Assembly (NCBI GenBank): GCA_013203855.1
Contig: JABMPG010000473.1
Coordinates: 1 to 25,198 of the forward strand
DNA from: a bacterium
GTDB taxonomy: Bacteria > Sumerlaeota > Sumerlaeia > UBA8349
DNA: 25,198 bases
Direction: 5' to 3'
A program made the translations under genes and the position numbers. Each line of letters opens with the position of its first letter. The stretch's first letter is position 1. Shown here piece by piece: positions 24,341 through 25,198 of the stretch. A model generated the notes under the pieces. That model saw only the letters and a list, made by a program, of their open reading frames with translations. It made no database searches and was not told where the DNA came from.

Positions 24341-25198
24341 TTACATCCTCTGATACTTCGGGCCGTCGCCGCCTTCGGGCGGGGTCCATTTGATGTTTTC
24401 GAAGGGGTCTTTGATCTCGCAGGTTTTGCAGTGGACGCAGTTGGAGAAGTTGACCTGGATGTGGTCGAACTTGCCATCGGCGTCGAGCTCGGCCTCGTAG
24501 ACCTTGGCCGGGCAGAACCGGGTGCAGGGCGCGGCGTACTTCTCGTAACATTTCACGCAGTCCTCCTCGCGCAGGATCTTGCAGTGCGAGGGCTGGTGTT
24601 CGTTGTGGATGGCGCCGCTCTTGTAGATGTCGGTGAGGATGTCGAGATAGAGCGTGTCGTCGGTCGGGGTTTTGGAGATTTCCTTCCCCTGACTGGCGGG
24701 CTTGAGGCCTTCGTGGTCCTTGGGCATGGTCTTGCGGCCCGAGGGGATCTTGCCGCCGGTGAACATGATGAAGCCGGTGTTGATCATGCCGAAGATCATG
24801 CCGCCGTGGAAGCCTTGGCGGAAGTTGCGCGCACGTCTAAGCTCCGCGCCGGCCCAGGAGGCGTCAAACTCGGGACGGTAGTCGAGAGCCGCCGCGGAGA
24901 AGTCATCGCTTTCGAGGGCTTTGCAGATGCGGCCGGCGGCGAGAGCGCCCGACTTCATGGCGAGATGGATGCCCTTGAGGCGCATGCAGTTGAGAAGTCC
25001 CGCGCTGTCGCCCACGATCACCGCGCCGTCCACGGCCAGTTTCGGGATCGAGTACCAGCCGCCCTCGGGCAGGGTCTTCGCGCCATACTCGACCACCTTG
25101 CCGCCTTCGATGATCGAGGCGATGTGGGGGTGCTTTTTCAGTTTGAGGAACATGTCGTGGGAATTCAGAAGCGGGTTCTTGTAGTCTAGGCCGAAGAC
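24341..25198 (-). CDS. Electron-transfer flavoprotein:quinone oxidoreductase (FixC/FixX-like fusion), 3' part; 5' end lies outside the window
   Basis: GLDYKNP, YGAKTLPEGG, GDSAGLLN..RLKGIHLAMKSG..A, C.RFCPA.VYE, NFSNCVHCKTCEIKDP...I.W.PPEGGDGP.Y; the frame is open to the window edge. Confidence 0.93.
   Translation of the reverse strand, partial: VFGLDYKNPLLNSHDMFLKLKKHPHIASIIEGGKVVEYGAKTLPEGGWYSIPKLAVDGAVIVGDSAGLLNCMRLKGIHLAMKSGALAAGRICKALESDDFSAAALDYRPEFDASWAGAELRRARNFRQGFHGGMIFGMINTGFIMFTGGKIPSGRKTMPKDHEGLKPASQGKEISKTPTDDTLYLDILTDIYKSGAIHNEHQPSHCKILREEDCVKCYEKYAAPCTRFCPAKVYEAELDADGKFDHIQVNFSNCVHCKTCEIKDPFENIKWTPPEGGDGPKYQRM

Overview
GC-rich bacterial chromosomal window of mostly housekeeping and metabolic genes. 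Left to right: a Vor-type 2-oxoacid:ferredoxin oxidoreductase operon (ferredoxin, alpha, fused beta-gamma); a GHL10-like glycoside hydrolase coupled to tadA; a mannonate-oxidoreductase-like SDR; rpmE; a large GT-C-like membrane protein; a TRAP transporter (dctPQM) coupled to an MBL-fold hydrolase; an orphan chemoreceptor behind a sigma28-like promoter; coaD; dtd; a tandem-FHA / metallophosphoesterase / PfkB-kinase operon; an XRE-ImmA/IrrE regulator with a truncated PIN partner; proS; a pilin/GspG-like gene split by a frameshift; and the 3' part of an ETF-quinone oxidoreductase. I saw no rRNA, tRNA, CRISPR array, transposase or integrase. Signals missed by the ORF track: (1) an in-frame TAG in the FHA gene followed by 56 more coding-like codons ending in a HEAT-like helix pair; (2) a 29-aa membrane microprotein overlapping both neighbours inside the vor operon; (3) a one-base frameshift separating a pilin-like N-terminal helix from its YDPTNGT-type C-terminal domain; (4) a PIN-domain remnant; (5) a structured rpmE leader; (6) a repeated intergenic TGTGGCACA motif. 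I cannot claim a complete new system. The FHA-(amber)-HEAT / phosphoesterase / kinase operon is the best candidate, and sequencing error must first be excluded for the amber, the frameshift and the MBL substitution. All family calls come from motif recognition by eye, not database searches.
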